Positions 13,789 to 27,614 of a stretch of 64,000 nucleotides of DNA are shown piece after piece. Origin of the DNA: the human T2T-CHM13v2.0 reference genome, Homo sapiens; NCBI RefSeq assembly GCF_009914755.1, contig NC_060926.1; one strand, 5' to 3'. A program made the translations under genes and the position numbers. Within the stretch, counting starts at the first letter, position 1. Each line of letters begins with the position of its first letter. The notes beneath the pieces were generated by a model. It made no database searches. It had not been told where the DNA came from and was given only the letters and a program-made list of their open reading frames with translations.

Positions 13789-14765
13789 CTGTTTTTAAAT
13801 TAATCCAGTTTAGTATGCTATTTTAATGGGAAATCTTGGATAGGAGAAGGAGTAAATGCTAGGATTCAGTCATCAAAACTATTTCTCTATCTCTCACAAT
13901 TCAAATTGTTAAATAATGCTGAATGACTAGAAATTTGTAAAGCAATGTATTTATACTTAACACAGCTATTTTTAATTCATTCTTTTATGCTAAAAAAAAA
14001 AAAGTTCAAGAAGGGAGAAACCAGCCTGGTAGTATTCACTTATAAAATCACATAAAATACATTGGTGTTTACGGTCACTACAAGGTCAAGATGAGCCAAC
14101 CAAGTAATGAGTCCACTAAAGTTGCTACAATAATCACACCGTTAATAAGCAAGTATTATATCCATTTACACAGTTCTGAAATCACAATTTATTCTTAAAT
14201 CATCAATATGCAACTAAAGAATTTGTTTTACTATTTATGCTATTTTAATTTTAAAATAACATGTGCTTGAACAAGAGACATGAAAAGAAATGAAAGTATA
14301 GTTTCCCTCTTGGCAGTTACAGAGATGTTTATCTACAACGTTAGCTGGTAACATCAAAAACTTAAACTTTCCAGTTTAGAGATTGGTCTATTTTAAGAAG
14401 TAGTATGTTGTCCTTTACTGTAGGTATCCAATTTCCCTTCAAAGATGGCATAAAAGGTATTTCTTATTTGGAAAGTTTATTGAAAAAAATGATTGTAATG
14501 TTTCTTCAAACTTTACTCTTTTTATATTATATTTAAAATCTTAGTATGCCAGGAAAAAATGATACCACCATTTGCCACCGGGACCTAATTGACTTTCTGT
14601 TTTGTCATATTTTGTCTTTTAGTCAGCAATAATTTACAGACAACAATAAAGTGATAGCGAAAAGAACATTATTAGATATTTTAATAATAATTTATTTTAG
14701 CAGATTTCCTTGCATCATTTAAATTTTGGTTCATCAAAAATATCAATATAAGTAGTCATTATTAC

Positions 14766-15009
14766 TTTAAACAAAATAAGATGGTCTGGGTTCTTGCTGC
14801 AAAAGATTGCATTATGAAGTCTTTTTTATTGAATAGCTAACTAGATGAGAATATCATAATTCATTTTGTATATAAAAACACAATTTTCTCATCTCTTCTT
14901 GAGTTTAAGGCAATTTATAGAGTCTATAGAGTTACTATCTTTCTCTTTGCATTCATCTTCTGGTTTGTCTAAGTGCGAAATATCTTCATCTACTATTTTT
15001 TATGTAACA
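14766..15009 (-). pseudogene. Exon remnant, 244 nt, phase 2-0
   Basis: Strong acceptor ctttttcatttcctgtctacag; VT*KIVDEDISHLDKPEDECKEKDSNSIDSINCLKLKKR*ENCVF...NPDHLILFK|gtaata. Confidence 0.55.
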
Positions 15010-15381
15010 CTGTAGACAGGAAATGAAAAAGTTTGAATTATAACTTATTTTCAGTGACAACTAAGAATGGACTGGAAATTTACAGTGCCTCCAAACTTGT
15101 TTATAGCTTTTTGAAGAGTGGTTACAATAGTTGTGGTCATACCATAAGAAACAATTTTTTTGAAAAGTTATTTATTCAGTATTGCACTAGCCTTCTAGAA
15201 AATTCCAATATTCAAATTTTCTTACTATTCAGTCTTTTATGGCATAATTGATTATAATTAATAAGTAATAGTAAATAAAAATAAAATAAAACATAGAATA
15301 ATATGGTATCAAAATATTTCATGATGTAGAAATTATGGAGTGCTGCTCCCAGTGGTCTGGGAGCACTCAGCCCTTCCAGCC

Positions 15382-16510
15382 TGTTGTGGGAAGTCAGGGA
15401 CCTCGAATGAAGGAACCAGCTGGAGCCATGGCAGAGGAACATAAATTGTGAAGATTTCATGGACATTTACCAGTTCCCAAATAATACTTTCATAATTTCT
15501 TACACCTGTCTTACTTTAATCTCTTGATCCTGTTATCTTTGTAAGCTGAGGATGTACGTCACCTCAGGGCCACTGTGATAATTGTGTTAACTGTACAAAT
15601 TGATTGGAAAACATGTGTGCTTGAACAATATGAAATCAGTGCACCTTGAAAAAGAACAGAATAACAGCAATTTTAGGGAACAAGGGAAGACAACCATAAG
15701 GTCTGACTGCCTGCGGGGTCAGGCAAAAACAGCCATATTTTTCTTCTTGCAGAGAGCCTATAAACGGACGTGCAAGTAGTGAAGATATTGCTAAATTATT
15801 TTCCTAGCAAGGATTAATACTCTGGGGAAGGAATGCATTGCTGGGGGGAGGTCTATAAATGGCTGCTCTGGCAGTGTCTGTCTTATGCAGTTGAGATAAG
15901 GAGTGACATATGCCTTGGTCTCCTGTAGTACCCTCAGGCTTACTAGGGTGGGGAAAAACCCTGCCCTAGTAAATTTGAGGTCAGACCGGTTCTCTGCTCT
16001 CAAACCCTGTTTTCTGTTGTTTAAGATGTTTATCAAGACTATATGTGCAACGCTGAACATAGACCCTTATCAGTAATTCTGCTTTTGCCCTTTGCCTTGT
16101 GATCTTTGTTTTCACCCTTTGCCTTGTGATCTTTTTTTTTGCCCTCTGCCTTGTGATCTTTGCTTTTGCAAACCCTTGGCCTTGTGATCTTTGTTGGACC
16201 CTTATCAGGAGTTTCTGACTTTGCCCTTAGAAGCATGTGATCTTTGTCCTCCTTTTTGCCCTTTGAAGCATGTGATCTTTGTGAACTACTCCCTGTTCTT
16301 GCACCTCCCCTCCTTTTGAAATCCTTAATAAAACTTGCTGGCTCTAAGGCTTAGGTGAGCATCACAGTCCTACCGATATGTGATGTCAGCCCCGGCAGCG
16401 CAGCTGTAAAATTCCTCTTTGTACTCTTTCTCTTTTTTCCTCAGCTGGCTGACACTTATGGAAAATAGAAAGAACCTACGTTGAAATATTGGGGGTGGGT
16501 TCCTGCAATA
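15382..16510 (+). mobile_element. MER11 solo LTR (ERVK/HML-8)
   Basis: Starts TGTTGTGGGAAGTCAGGGACC; internal GCCTTGTGATCTTT tandem units; perfect 6-bp TSD CCAGCC (15376-15381 and 16511-16516). Confidence 0.92.
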
Positions 16511-17617
16511 CCAGCCCACCTGGGGCTTGACCTTGAGAGACCAGAGGGCCAAGCTGTGGACATGATCCCTGTTCTCAAACATTAGAGCATGCAGCACAGG
16601 GTGTAAAGCTCAGCCTTGCCCCCTAAAAGCATCTAGAAGTAAAGCCATTCAACTATACCCAACTTGCACTATAATCAAACCCTTGTGAAAAATGAAAAGT
16701 AAAGATAACAAAAACAAACAAACAAACAACATTTGAAGGACAGCAAGCTCAAAGGATGAAGGAACATCAGGCTTCCCAGATGAGAAATAACCAACACAAG
16801 AATTCTGGCAACTCTAACAGCCAGAGTATCTTCTTGCCTTCAAGTGATCACACTAGCTTTCCAGCAAAGGATTTCAAACAGATTGAAATGGCTCGTATGT
16901 CAGATACAGAATTCAGAATCTGGATGGCAAATAAGCTCATTGAGATGCAAGAGTAAGTTGAAACCCAATTCAAGGAAAACAGTAAAATAATCCAAGAGTT
17001 GAAACACAACACAATCATTTTTTAAAATACCCAAACTTCTGGAAATTAAAAAATAAAATAACTACAAGAATCTCAACATAAAACTGGAAGCATTAATGAC
17101 AGAATAGACAAAACTAAAGACAGAATCTTAGAGCTTGAAAAATGCTCCTTTGAAGCATGACAGGCAGAAAAAAAAAGAAAAAAGAATTTGAAAAAAATGA
17201 ACCAAATCTTCAAAGAATATGGGATTATGTGAAGAGATGGAGCCTACAATTAATCGGCATTCCAGAAAGAGAAAGAGAAAGAGTAAGCAACTTCAAGAGC
17301 ATATTTGAAGATACAGTCTACAAAAGTTTTCCCAATCTTGCTACAGAGTTCAACATGGAAATTCAAGAAATTCAGAGAACTCCATGAGATACTACGCAGG
17401 ATGACCCCCACTAAGACACATAGTCATCAACTTCTCCAAAGTCAACATGAAAGAAAAAATCTTAAAGGCAATTAGAGATAAGGAGCAGATCACTTACAAA
17501 GGGAACCTCATTATACTAACAGCAGACCTCTCAGCAGAAATTTTACAAGCCAGAAGAGATTGGTGACCTATTTTGAATATCCTTAAAAAAATTCCAAATA
17601 AGGATTTCATATCCCAC

Positions 17618-19897
17618 TGATATAATTTGGCTGTGTCCCCACCCAAATCTCATCTTGAAGTCACATGTGTTGTGGGAGGGACCTGGTGGGAGGTGACTGA
17701 ATCATGGAGTAGGTCTTCCTCTTGCTGTTCTTGTGATAGTGAATAAGTCTCATGAGATATGATGGTTTTAACAAGGGGAATTTCTGTGCACAAGCTGTCT
17801 CCTCTTGTCTGCTGCCATGTGAGACATGCCTTTCACCTTCTGCCATTATTGTGAGGCCTCCCCAGCCATGTGGAACTGTAAGTCCAATAAACCCCTTTTT
17901 CTTGATAAATTACTCAGTCTCAAGTATGTCTTTATCAGCAGTGTGAAAATGGACTAATATAGTAAATTGGTGCCAGGAGTGGGGCACTGCTGAAAAGATA
18001 CTTGAAAATGTGGAAGCAACTTTGGAACTGGGTAACAGGCAGGGGTTAGAACAGTTTGGAAGGCTCAGAAGAAAACAGGAAATGTGGGAAAGTTTGGAAC
18101 TTCCTAAAGACTTGTTGAATGGCTTTGACAAAAATGCTGATAGTGACAGGAACAGTAAGATCCAAGCTGAGTTGGTCACACATGGAGAAAAGATACTTGT
18201 TGAGAACTAGAGCAAAGGTGACTCTTGTTATGTTTTAGCAAAGAGACTGGTGATATTTTGCCCCATCATAGAGATTTGTGGAACTTTGAATGATCTTGAG
18301 AGAGATTATTTAGGGTATCTGGTGGGAGAAATTTCTAAGCAACAAAGCATTCAAGAGGTGACTTGGGTGCTGTTAAAGGTATTCAATTTCAAAAAGCAAA
18401 TAGAGCATAAAAGTTTGGAAAATTTTTAGCCTGAGAATGCAATAAAAAAGAAAATCCCATTTTCTGAGGAGAAATTCAAGCCAGTTGCAGAAATTTGCAT
18501 AAGTAATAAGAAGTTGAATGTTAACCACCAAGACAATGAGGAAAATGTCTCCAGAGCATGTCAGAGAACTTTGTGGCAGCCCGTCCCATCACAGGCCCAG
18601 AGCCCTAAGAGGAAAATGTGGTTTTGTGGGCCAGGTGCAGGGTCCCTGTGCTGTGTGCAGTCTAGGGACTTGGTGCCCTGTGTCCATGCTGCTCAAGCTG
18701 TGACTATAAGGGGCCAAGGTACAGCTTGGGGTATGGCTTCAGAGGTTAGAAGACCCAAGCCTTGACAGCTTCCATGTGTCGAGCCTGCGGGTGCACAGAA
18801 ATCAAGAATCCGGGTTTGGGAACCTCCACTTAGATTTCAGAGGATGTACAGAAATGCCTGGATGTCCAGGCAGAAGTTTGCTGCAGGTGTGGTGCTCTCA
18901 TGGAAAGCCTCTGCTAGGGCAGTGCAGAAGGGACATGTGGGGTCAGAGGCCCCACACAAAGTCCTTACTGGGGCACCACCTAGTGGAGTTGTGAGAAGAG
19001 GGCCATTGTCCTCCAAACCCTAGAACGGTAGATCCACTGACAGCTTGCATCATATGCCACCATATGCCTAGAAAAGCTGCAGACACTCAACACCAGTCCA
19101 TGAAAGCAGCTGGGAGGGAGGCAGTACCCTGCAAAGCCACAGGGGCAGAGCTGCCCAAAACTATGGGAACCTACCTCTTGTATCAGCTTGACCTGGATGT
19201 GAGACATGGAATCAAAGGAGATAATTTTGGAGCTTTAAGATTGGACTGCCCAGCTGGATTTTGGACTTGCATGGAGCCTCTAGCCCCTTTGTTTTGACCA
19301 GTTTCTCCCATTCAGAATGGCTGTATTTACCCAATGCCTGTACCTCCATTATATCTAGGGAGTAACTAGCTTGCTTTTGATTTTACAGGCTCGTAGGCAG
19401 AAGGGACTTGTCTTATTACAGGTGAGACTTTGCACTGGAGACTCTTGAGTTAGTTAATGCTGAAATGAGTTAAGACTTTGGGGAACTATTGGGAAGGCAT
19501 GATTGGTTTTGAAATGTGGGGACATGATATTTAGGAGGGGTCAGGGGTGGAATGATATGGCTTGGCTGTGTCTCCATCCAAACCTCTTCTTGAATTCCCA
19601 TGTGTTGTGGGAGGGACCTGCTGGAAGGTCATTGAATCATGGGGCAGATCTTTCCCATGCTGTTCTTATGATAGTGAATAAGTCTCACGAGATCTGTTGG
19701 TTTTAAAAAGGGGAGTTTCCCTGCACAAGCTTTCTTCTCTTGTCTCCCACCATGTGAGACATGACTTTCACCCTCCATCACGATTGTGAGGCCTCCCCAA
19801 CCACATGGAACTGTAAGTACAATAAACCCCTTTTTCCTGTATAAATTACCCAGTCTCAAGTATGTCTTTATCAGAAATGTGAAAATGGACTAATACA
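17618..19897 (+). mobile_element. Full-length THE1 (THE1B/C-like) MaLR provirus: LTR 17618-17961, internal 17962-19552, LTR 19553-19897
   Basis: Two LTRs running TGATAT...GGACTAATA(C/T)A, typical THE1 internal sequence, 5-bp TSD CCCAC. Confidence 0.95.
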
Positions 19898-22673
19898 CCC
19901 ACCAAACTTAACTTCATAAGTGAAAGAGACATGACATCCTTTTCAGACAAGCAAATGCTAAGGAAATTCATTACAACTAGACTGCTTTACAAGAGCTCCT
20001 AAATAGAGTTGTAAATAGGGAAAGGAAACAATGATACCTGCCACCACACAAACACACTTAAGCACATATCCCACTGACACTATAAAGCAACTATACAATC
20101 AAATCTACCTAACAACCAGCTAACTGTACAATGACAGGATCAAATTCTCTTATGTTAATATTGACCCTGAATGTAAATGGGATATAAAAGACATAGAGAG
20201 CTAAGTTGGATAGAGAAACAAGACTCAACTGCCTGCTGTCTTCCAGAGACCTATCTCACAACTAATGACACCTGTGGCTTAAAGAGAAGGGATAAAGATT
20301 TATCTGGAAAAAGGAAAACAAAAAAAGAGTAGGAATAACTATTCTTAGATAAAATAGACTTAAAACCAAAAATGATCAAAAACAACAAAGAAGGGCATGA
20401 CATAATGATAAAGGACTCAATCCAACAAGAACACTTAACTATCCTAAATATATATGCACCCAGCATTGGAGCACCCAGATTCATAAAAACGTGTGTAGAG
20501 ATCTACAAAGAGATTCAGACAACCACACAATAATACTGGGGGACTTCAACACCCCACTGACAGCATTAGATAGATAATCAAGGCAGAAAACTAACAAATA
20601 TATTCTGTGTTTAACTCAACACCTGACCAATTGAACCTAGTAGAAATCTACAGAACACACCACCCAACACCAACAGAATATACATTCTTCTCATCTGCAC
20701 ACAGAACATACTCTAAGATCAACCACATGCTTGGCCATAAAGGAAGTCTCAACAAATTAAAAAAAAAAAAAAAGAAAACATACCAACCACACTGTCAGAC
20801 CACAGTGCAATAAAAATATAAATCAATACCAAGAAGATTTATCAAAACCATACAATTGCATGGAAGTTAGAGAACACGTTCCTGTGTGACTTTTGGGTAA
20901 ATAACAAAATTGAGAAATAATTAAAACAATTATATGAAACTAATGAAAACAGAGACACAACATACGAGAATATTTGTAACAAAGCTAAGCAGTGTTAAGA
21001 AGAAAGTTTATAGTGTTAACACCTACATGGAGAAGTTAGAAAGATCTCAAATTAATAACTTAACATTGTACCCAGAGAAACAAGAAAAACAAGAGCAAAC
21101 CAAAGCCAAAGCTAACAAAAGAAAATATAAATCAGGACTGAAGTGAACAAAACTGAGACATGAAAGTTCATTCAAAAGGTAAACCAAACCAAAAGTCGGT
21201 TCTTCAAAAGATTAAACACGATTAATATACCACTAGCTAGATTAATAAATAAAAAAGAGAAAAGATCCAAATAAAGACAACCAGAGAAACAAAAATCCCT
21301 AGAGACTATTATGAATACCTCTATGCACGCAAACTAGAAAACCTAAAAAATATGAACAAATTCCTGGAAACACACAGTCTCCCAAGATTGAACGAGGAAG
21401 AGATTAAAATCTTGAAAAGACCAATAACAAGTTCCAAAATTGAATCAGTAATAAAAAGCCTACCAATCAACAAAAAGCCCTGGACCAAATGGATAGATGG
21501 ATTCATAGTCAAATTCTTCCAGATGTAAAAAGAATAACTAGTACCAATCCTACTAAAAAATTCCAAAAAAATCGATGAAGAGGTAATCCTCCCTAACTCA
21601 TTCTATGAAGCCAGCACTCATTCTGACAGCAAAGCATGGCAGAGATACAACAAAAAAGGAAAATTTCAGGCCAATATCCCTAATGAGCATAAAGGCAAAA
21701 ATCTTCAACAAAAAACTAGCTAACTGAATCCAGCAGCACAACAACATGTTAATTCACCATGATCAAGTAGGCTTTATTCCTAGGATGCAAGGTTGGTTCA
21801 ACATAAACAAATCAATAAATAGGATTCACTACATAAACAGAATTAACAACAAAAGACACATAATTATCTAAATAGAGGCAGAAATGCCTTTGAAAAAAAT
21901 TTAGCATCCCTTAATGTTAAAAACCTTTAACAAATTAGTCATGGAAGTAGCATAGCTCAAAATAATAAGAGCCATGTATTACATACACACAGCCAACATT
22001 ATGTTCAATGAGGAAAAGCTGGAAGCATTCCCTTTAAGAACTGGAACAAGATAAGAATGCCCATTATCACCACTCCTATTCAATATAATACTGAAAGTCC
22101 TAGTCAGAGAAATTGGGCAAAGAAATAAAAGGCATCCAAATAGGAAGGGAGGAAGTCAAAATATCTCTCTTTGCAGATTATATAACTCTGTACCTAGAAA
22201 ATCCCATAGACTCCTCCAGAAGACTTCTGGACTGGATTAAAATGACTTCAGTAAAGTTTCTGGATACAAAATCAATGTACAAAAATCAGTAGCCTTTCTA
22301 TACAACAATAAGATCCAAACACAGAGCCAATTGAAGAATGAAATCCCACTTCCAATAGCCCCCAAAAGAATAAGAAATACAAGGAGGTGAAATGAGAATT
22401 ACAAAACACTGCTGAGAGAAATTGGAGATGACACAAACAAATGGAAAAAACTTCCATTCTCATTGATAGGAAGAATTAATATACTTCAAATGGCCATATT
22501 CTCAAAAGCAATTTACAGATTCAATGCTATTCCTACCAAACTACCAATGACATTCTTAACAGAAAGATAAAAAATATTTAAAAATACATATGGAATCAAA
22601 AAAGAGCCAGAATCACCAAAGCAATCCTAAGCAAAAGAATAAAGCTGGAGGCATCATAGTACTCAGTCTCAAA

Positions 22674-22795
22674 CAGTGAAAATGCCCTCTAGATCATCCA
22701 GATCAAAAGGAGCAGGTATCAATCATGCCCAAATGCAGCTCAAAACACTTTTCTCAACCACACCCCCATGGGAAACAGCTGTGATAAATCTTTAG
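22674..22795 (+). pseudogene. MT-RNR1: NUMT: nuclear copy of a 5' fragment of mitochondrial 12S rRNA
   Basis: GATCAAAAGGAGCAGGTATCAA...AATGCAGCTCAAAACACTT...CCACACCCCCATGGGAAACAGCTGTGATAAATCTTTAG resembles mt 12S rRNA (human recalled as GATCAAAAGG...GCAGCTCAAAACGCTTAGCCTAGCCACACCCCCACGGGAAACAGCAGTGATTAACCTTTAG); L1 ORF2 resumes on both sides. Confidence 0.9.
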
Positions 22796-24894
22796 GCTAC
22801 AGTAATCAAAATAGCACAGTATTGGTACAAAAACAGACACATAGACCAGTGGAACAGAACAGAGAATGCAGAAATAAAGCCACACACCTACAACCACCTG
22901 ATCTTTGACAAAGTTGTCAATAACAAACAGTGGGGAGAGGATTCTCTATTCAATAATCGTGCTGGGATAATTGGCTAGCCATATGCAAAAGACTGAAACT
23001 GGAGCCCTTCTTTTCACCATACACAAAAATCAACTCAACATGGATTAAAGACTCAAATGTAAGACCTGAAACAATACAATCCATAGAAGAAAACCTAGGA
23101 AATACTGTTCTGAAAATCGGCCTTAACAAAGATTTGTGATAAGTTGTGAAAAGCAATTGCAACTCCTCCAATTGCCAATTTGTTGATTTTGTTAACAAAA
23201 ATTGATGAGTGGTATTTAACTAAACTATAGAGCTTCTGCACAAGAGAAACTATCAATAAAGTGAACAGACAACCTACAAAATGGGAGAAAATGTCTGCAA
23301 AGTACACATTTAACAAAGGTGTAATATCCAGATTCCATAAGGAACTTAAATCAGTAACCAAAGACCAAATAACCCCATTAAAGAATGGGTGAAGAACATG
23401 AACAGACACTTTTCAAAAGAAAACATACACATGGCCAACAAGTATATGAAGAAATGCTAAACACCACTAATCATTAGAGAAATGCAAATTAAAACCACAA
23501 TGAGATACCATCTCACACTAGTCAGAATGGCTATTAATAAAATGTCAAAGAATAGCATGTTGGTGAGACATCAGAGAAATGGGAAAGCTTATATAGTGCT
23601 GGAGGAAAGGTAAATTAGTTCAGCTACTGTGGAAAGTATTTTGGAGATTTCTCAAAGAACTTAGAACTACTACTCAACCCAGTGATCACAGTATTGGGCA
23701 TATACTGAAAGGAAAATAAATTGGTCTACCAAAAAATTTTCTACATGCACTTGTATGTTTATTGCAATGCTATTCACAATAGCAAAGACATAGAATCAAT
23801 CAAGATGCCCATGAATGTTGGACTAGATTAAAAAAATATGGTACATATGAAATACTATGTGAAATAGTATGAAAAAAATGTGGCACCATGAAATACTATG
23901 CAGCCATAAAAAGAACGAAATCATGTCCTTTGCAGCAACATAGATGCCATTGTAGGTCATTATCCTATGTGAACTAATGTAGAAATAGATTACCAAATAC
24001 TGCATGCTCTCACTTATAAGTGAGCATTAAACATTGAACACACGTGAACACAAAGATGGGAATGATAGTCACTGGGGACTGCTTGAGAGTGAAGTTTGGG
24101 AGGGAAATATGGGTTGGAAAGCTACTTTTAAGTACTATACTCACTACCTTGGGTTCAGGATAATTTGTACCCCAATGGTACGCAATTTGCTCATGAAACA
24201 AACCTGCACATGCGCCTTCTGAATCTTAAAGTAGAATACAATACATTAAAAAAGAAAAAAATACAATGATTATGTTCATATGATGTATCATAGATTTAGA
24301 AACAAATTCAGTTAAGCTGTATGTCAATTATAAGATAGAATGATATTTATTCTAGCATTTAAGGAAATTTTATCTTTGTTATTGGGAAAATTTGTAAAAG
24401 ATAATAAAATTTATAAAATATCAATCCTTTCAAATAAATAGAACTGCTGAAAAGAAATCAAAATTTCAAATTGTACCCAATTTACTCACAATTAATTGAC
24501 CATTTTTTGAGCATTTGTCTTTCAAATAAATATGAATCACATATACACCACGGAATACAAGCAAAAGAAGCAGATAAAAGTAAATAAATTTATATTATAA
24601 TGAATATATACTCAAAAACAACCTCAGGCTAAATTTTAGAGACTATACTATAAATTACTGAACCATCCAGATAAATTTACAATTTGTATGTAATATTTAA
24701 GTTTAAAACAGTGAAATAAGACTACATTTGAGACAGATTTTTAGCAACAAATAGTGAAGAAAAAGTTTTATTGGCAGATTGATTTTTTTATTCACCAAAA
24801 ATTATATTTCAAGTGTGTATTTCTTTGCAAACCACTATAATGTATACTCTGGGGAAGTATATGAACCTCTTTGCTCTCATGAATACAATTCTAT

Positions 24895-26790
24895 TTTTAT
24901 GTCTAATGGTGTATAACAAGCTACCACAGAACTTAGTGATTTAAAATGTAATTTTATTTTGCTCAGGGTTTTGTGAATTAAAAAAAAAATGAGAAGGGCT
25001 TAACAGGGAAGTTTGGTATCAGTTGGGTTGGCTGGGGCCAGAGCATCTACTTTCAACACAGCTTATTCAGTCATGTGTCTGACATCTTGGTGCTTTTTGG
25101 CTTCTCTTTCTCCACATGTTATTTTATTCTCCAGGGCCTTTTCTTGTGGCTTCAGTTTCTCATAATGTGTTGGTGTTAGGGCAGTTATATTTTCTAAACA
25201 GCAGCTGGATTTCCTCAGAGTGTTTCAGGAGAAATGGATGGAGGAAGCAACCTTTCTTAAGATCTACCCTTGAAAAGTCTCTCATTATTTTTCCTACCAC
25301 ATTATTTTTGACCAAATCAGCCCACCTGTACATGGCTTTCTTACTTTTAACATGGAACCTCTTCTGTTCTTGAAAGCCCTATGATCCATGGTAAACTTGA
25401 ATGTTGGTCACCCTATCTATTCTCAACCAGTTTACTAAGGCTGACCTAGATTCAAGGGAGAAGAGTAGAAAAATATCTGTGGCCATTTTTAAGTTACCCA
25501 AGTCTTTTATATGATTACAAATTAGATTTCTTACACATTCAAGGTACATCTTTAGGGCAACTACTTCAGAACTGAAGTTCAGGTTCTCATCAGTTAGATG
25601 AGATCCAGGCAAGAATAAGGTTCTTTGGCATCATTTCCTCAGGTAAGTTTTCTCTCAGTCAAACTTCCTGAATTCAGAGACAAGATGCATACTCCTCCCA
25701 CACACTCAACTTACAATGCTGCAACAAAGAGGAAGACTGCAAAAAACACTCATACTTTTAAAAGTAGAAATGGGAGATACCAAACCACACAGTGATCCAT
25801 AACAGTCCCTAAATTCGTCCAGAAGCATGTGGTCATGTCCTTGCCTAGCACTCAGTCTCTGGAATGTTTCCCACGGCTCTTGGGAGCCTTCCTCAGGGCT
25901 CTTGGATTCACCCTTTGAGTCATCCCTTTATTTTCTTAAGAAATATCCCATGTTTACCACTGAGTTTCTTTCTCCAAAGTTGGAAATCACTCTTCGTTTG
26001 GAACTGACTCTATCCCTTTCAATCCAAGCTGGAAAAATGCCTTTAAAAACCGTGTCACTTTCCTATGTATCAAATTACAACCCACTCCAATACACAAAAG
26101 TCACACTCGTGTTTCTTTCTAAGATAAGCTTTTTAATATCTTGGACTAAGTGTTAAAGTGCTGTGCTTAAGATGGTTAGAAGCATTTTGTCTTGTTCACA
26201 GAGTCTACAAAACATGCCATTTAGATTCAGAGAGAAATTTTCATCTAGTAGAGACTGTCTAAGAGGCAGATCCTTAAGAATCTTACAGGTTATACTGAGC
26301 AAGCACATATATCTTTCTGAAGTCTCACTACAGGGTTTTAAAGCCATAGCATTGAGAGTTTTACCCTGTGACCATGCTTTACTAGTAGAACCTGGATTGG
26401 GTATTTTTCCTGAGACCAGAGAATTTTGCCTGTAGAAGAAAATAAGGATGAGAGCTTGATTTTAGAACCCAGCAAATATTTTCTTCTTTATATGGCCCAG
26501 ATTCTGCTTGAAAACTGAAAATTCAATTTATTTTTGTTTTATCTATATTTTACCACATGCAGCTAAAATAAACAATTTGGCAGTTTCAACAATGTGCCTG
26601 AAAAGCCTCATAGCCAAATATTAAAGTATACTAGACATGTTTTCTATTCATTTTATTTTCACATACAACAATGTTGCCAAACTTACCTCTACTACATAAA
26701 ACAGTTCACTTTTTTTGTAGACTTCAATGCCAGTTTCACCCCTGCCCTTCAAATTATCAGTAACAACTTTCACTAACAACAAAGATGGGG
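24895..26790 (-). mobile_element. Old MaLR (MLT1-type) LTR plus internal sequence
   Basis: TATAACAAGCTACCACAGAACTTAGTGATTTAAAA is MLT1 LTR-like; downstream GTTGCCAAACTTACCTCTACTACATAA resembles antisense MaLR internal sequence. Confidence 0.55.
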
Positions 26791-27614
26791 AAAAAGTCTT
26801 TAAATTCGGCAAATGGTTCATTTTATTCATTCACCAATTATTTTTCAAAGTTTATCATCTACAAAGCCCCACAGTAAATACTCTAGGCAATGTGATAAAC
26901 TATATTTGGGTCTTGAACATCTAAATTAACATGACCTGAATTAAAATGTGGTAAGTGCTGAATATGATGTATAGGTGAAGTTCTAAAGGGGTTTCAGAGA
27001 GAAAGATTTGTGTTTTGTTTTGCTTTTGTTTGTTTCCTGGCTCAGTTTAGACTTGGTCCTACAAAGATCAGGGATAAGAATTGCAAGTCAGCAGGGAATT
27101 TATTTGAACTGGAAACAGAAGTGGGTTTGGGAAACATGACTTTGTTTCTTAGGGTAGATCACAGAAATGAGAGGAAGGAATGGGACATAACTGGGTCAAG
27201 AAATGGAGCCAGGGTTATAAATGTCAGGCTAATGATTTTAGATGTTTTTGTCTATAGAAAATGGAAAGGCATTATTGCTGTTGTTATTGTTGTTGTTTTC
27301 ATTGTTTTTAATTTGGTTATATAAAGATTAATCCGGAGATGCAGGCTGGACTAGAGAGGAGGCCATGGGAATAGGTCATCAGTTAGGAGTGCTGGCTTCA
27401 TTTCTGAAGCAACATCTGAATGCCTGTAAGAGAACATTGGCAGTGGGAATGGAGAGAGTGAGGCAGATCAGATAGATTATGAATTAAGCATTCACTGTAA
27501 TTCATTATCTTTTTTCTCACTCTTATTATCTCTCTATCCATCTAAATGAACAATTCCTTATTATATGTAATTTTGCTGGAACTAATGGCAAATGCAGTTT
27601 ATAAATTCAACTAC

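Larger units (their letters stand above)
15335..24260 (+). mobile_element. Near full-length LINE-1 (L1PA15/16-like), inactive; hosts MER11, THE1 and a NUMT
   Basis: ORF1 remnants (NEPNLQRIWDYVKR at 17157..17387), ORF2 endonuclease remnants (EYTFFSSAHRTYSKINHMLGHK), RT region, L1PA15/16-type 3'UTR and poly(A) at ~24250. Confidence 0.9.

Noticed and set aside
16085-16285. Spaced GCCTTGTGATCTTT repeats resembling a CRISPR array
   Set aside because: Normal internal tandem repeats of the MER11 LTR; eukaryotic DNA with no unique spacers or cas genes.
17910-19300. Cluster of 60-90 aa ORFs
   Set aside because: Fragments of the decayed THE1 internal region.
16756-24222. L1 ORF1/ORF2 peptides as active genes
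   Set aside because: Broken by many stops, frameshifts and nested insertions.
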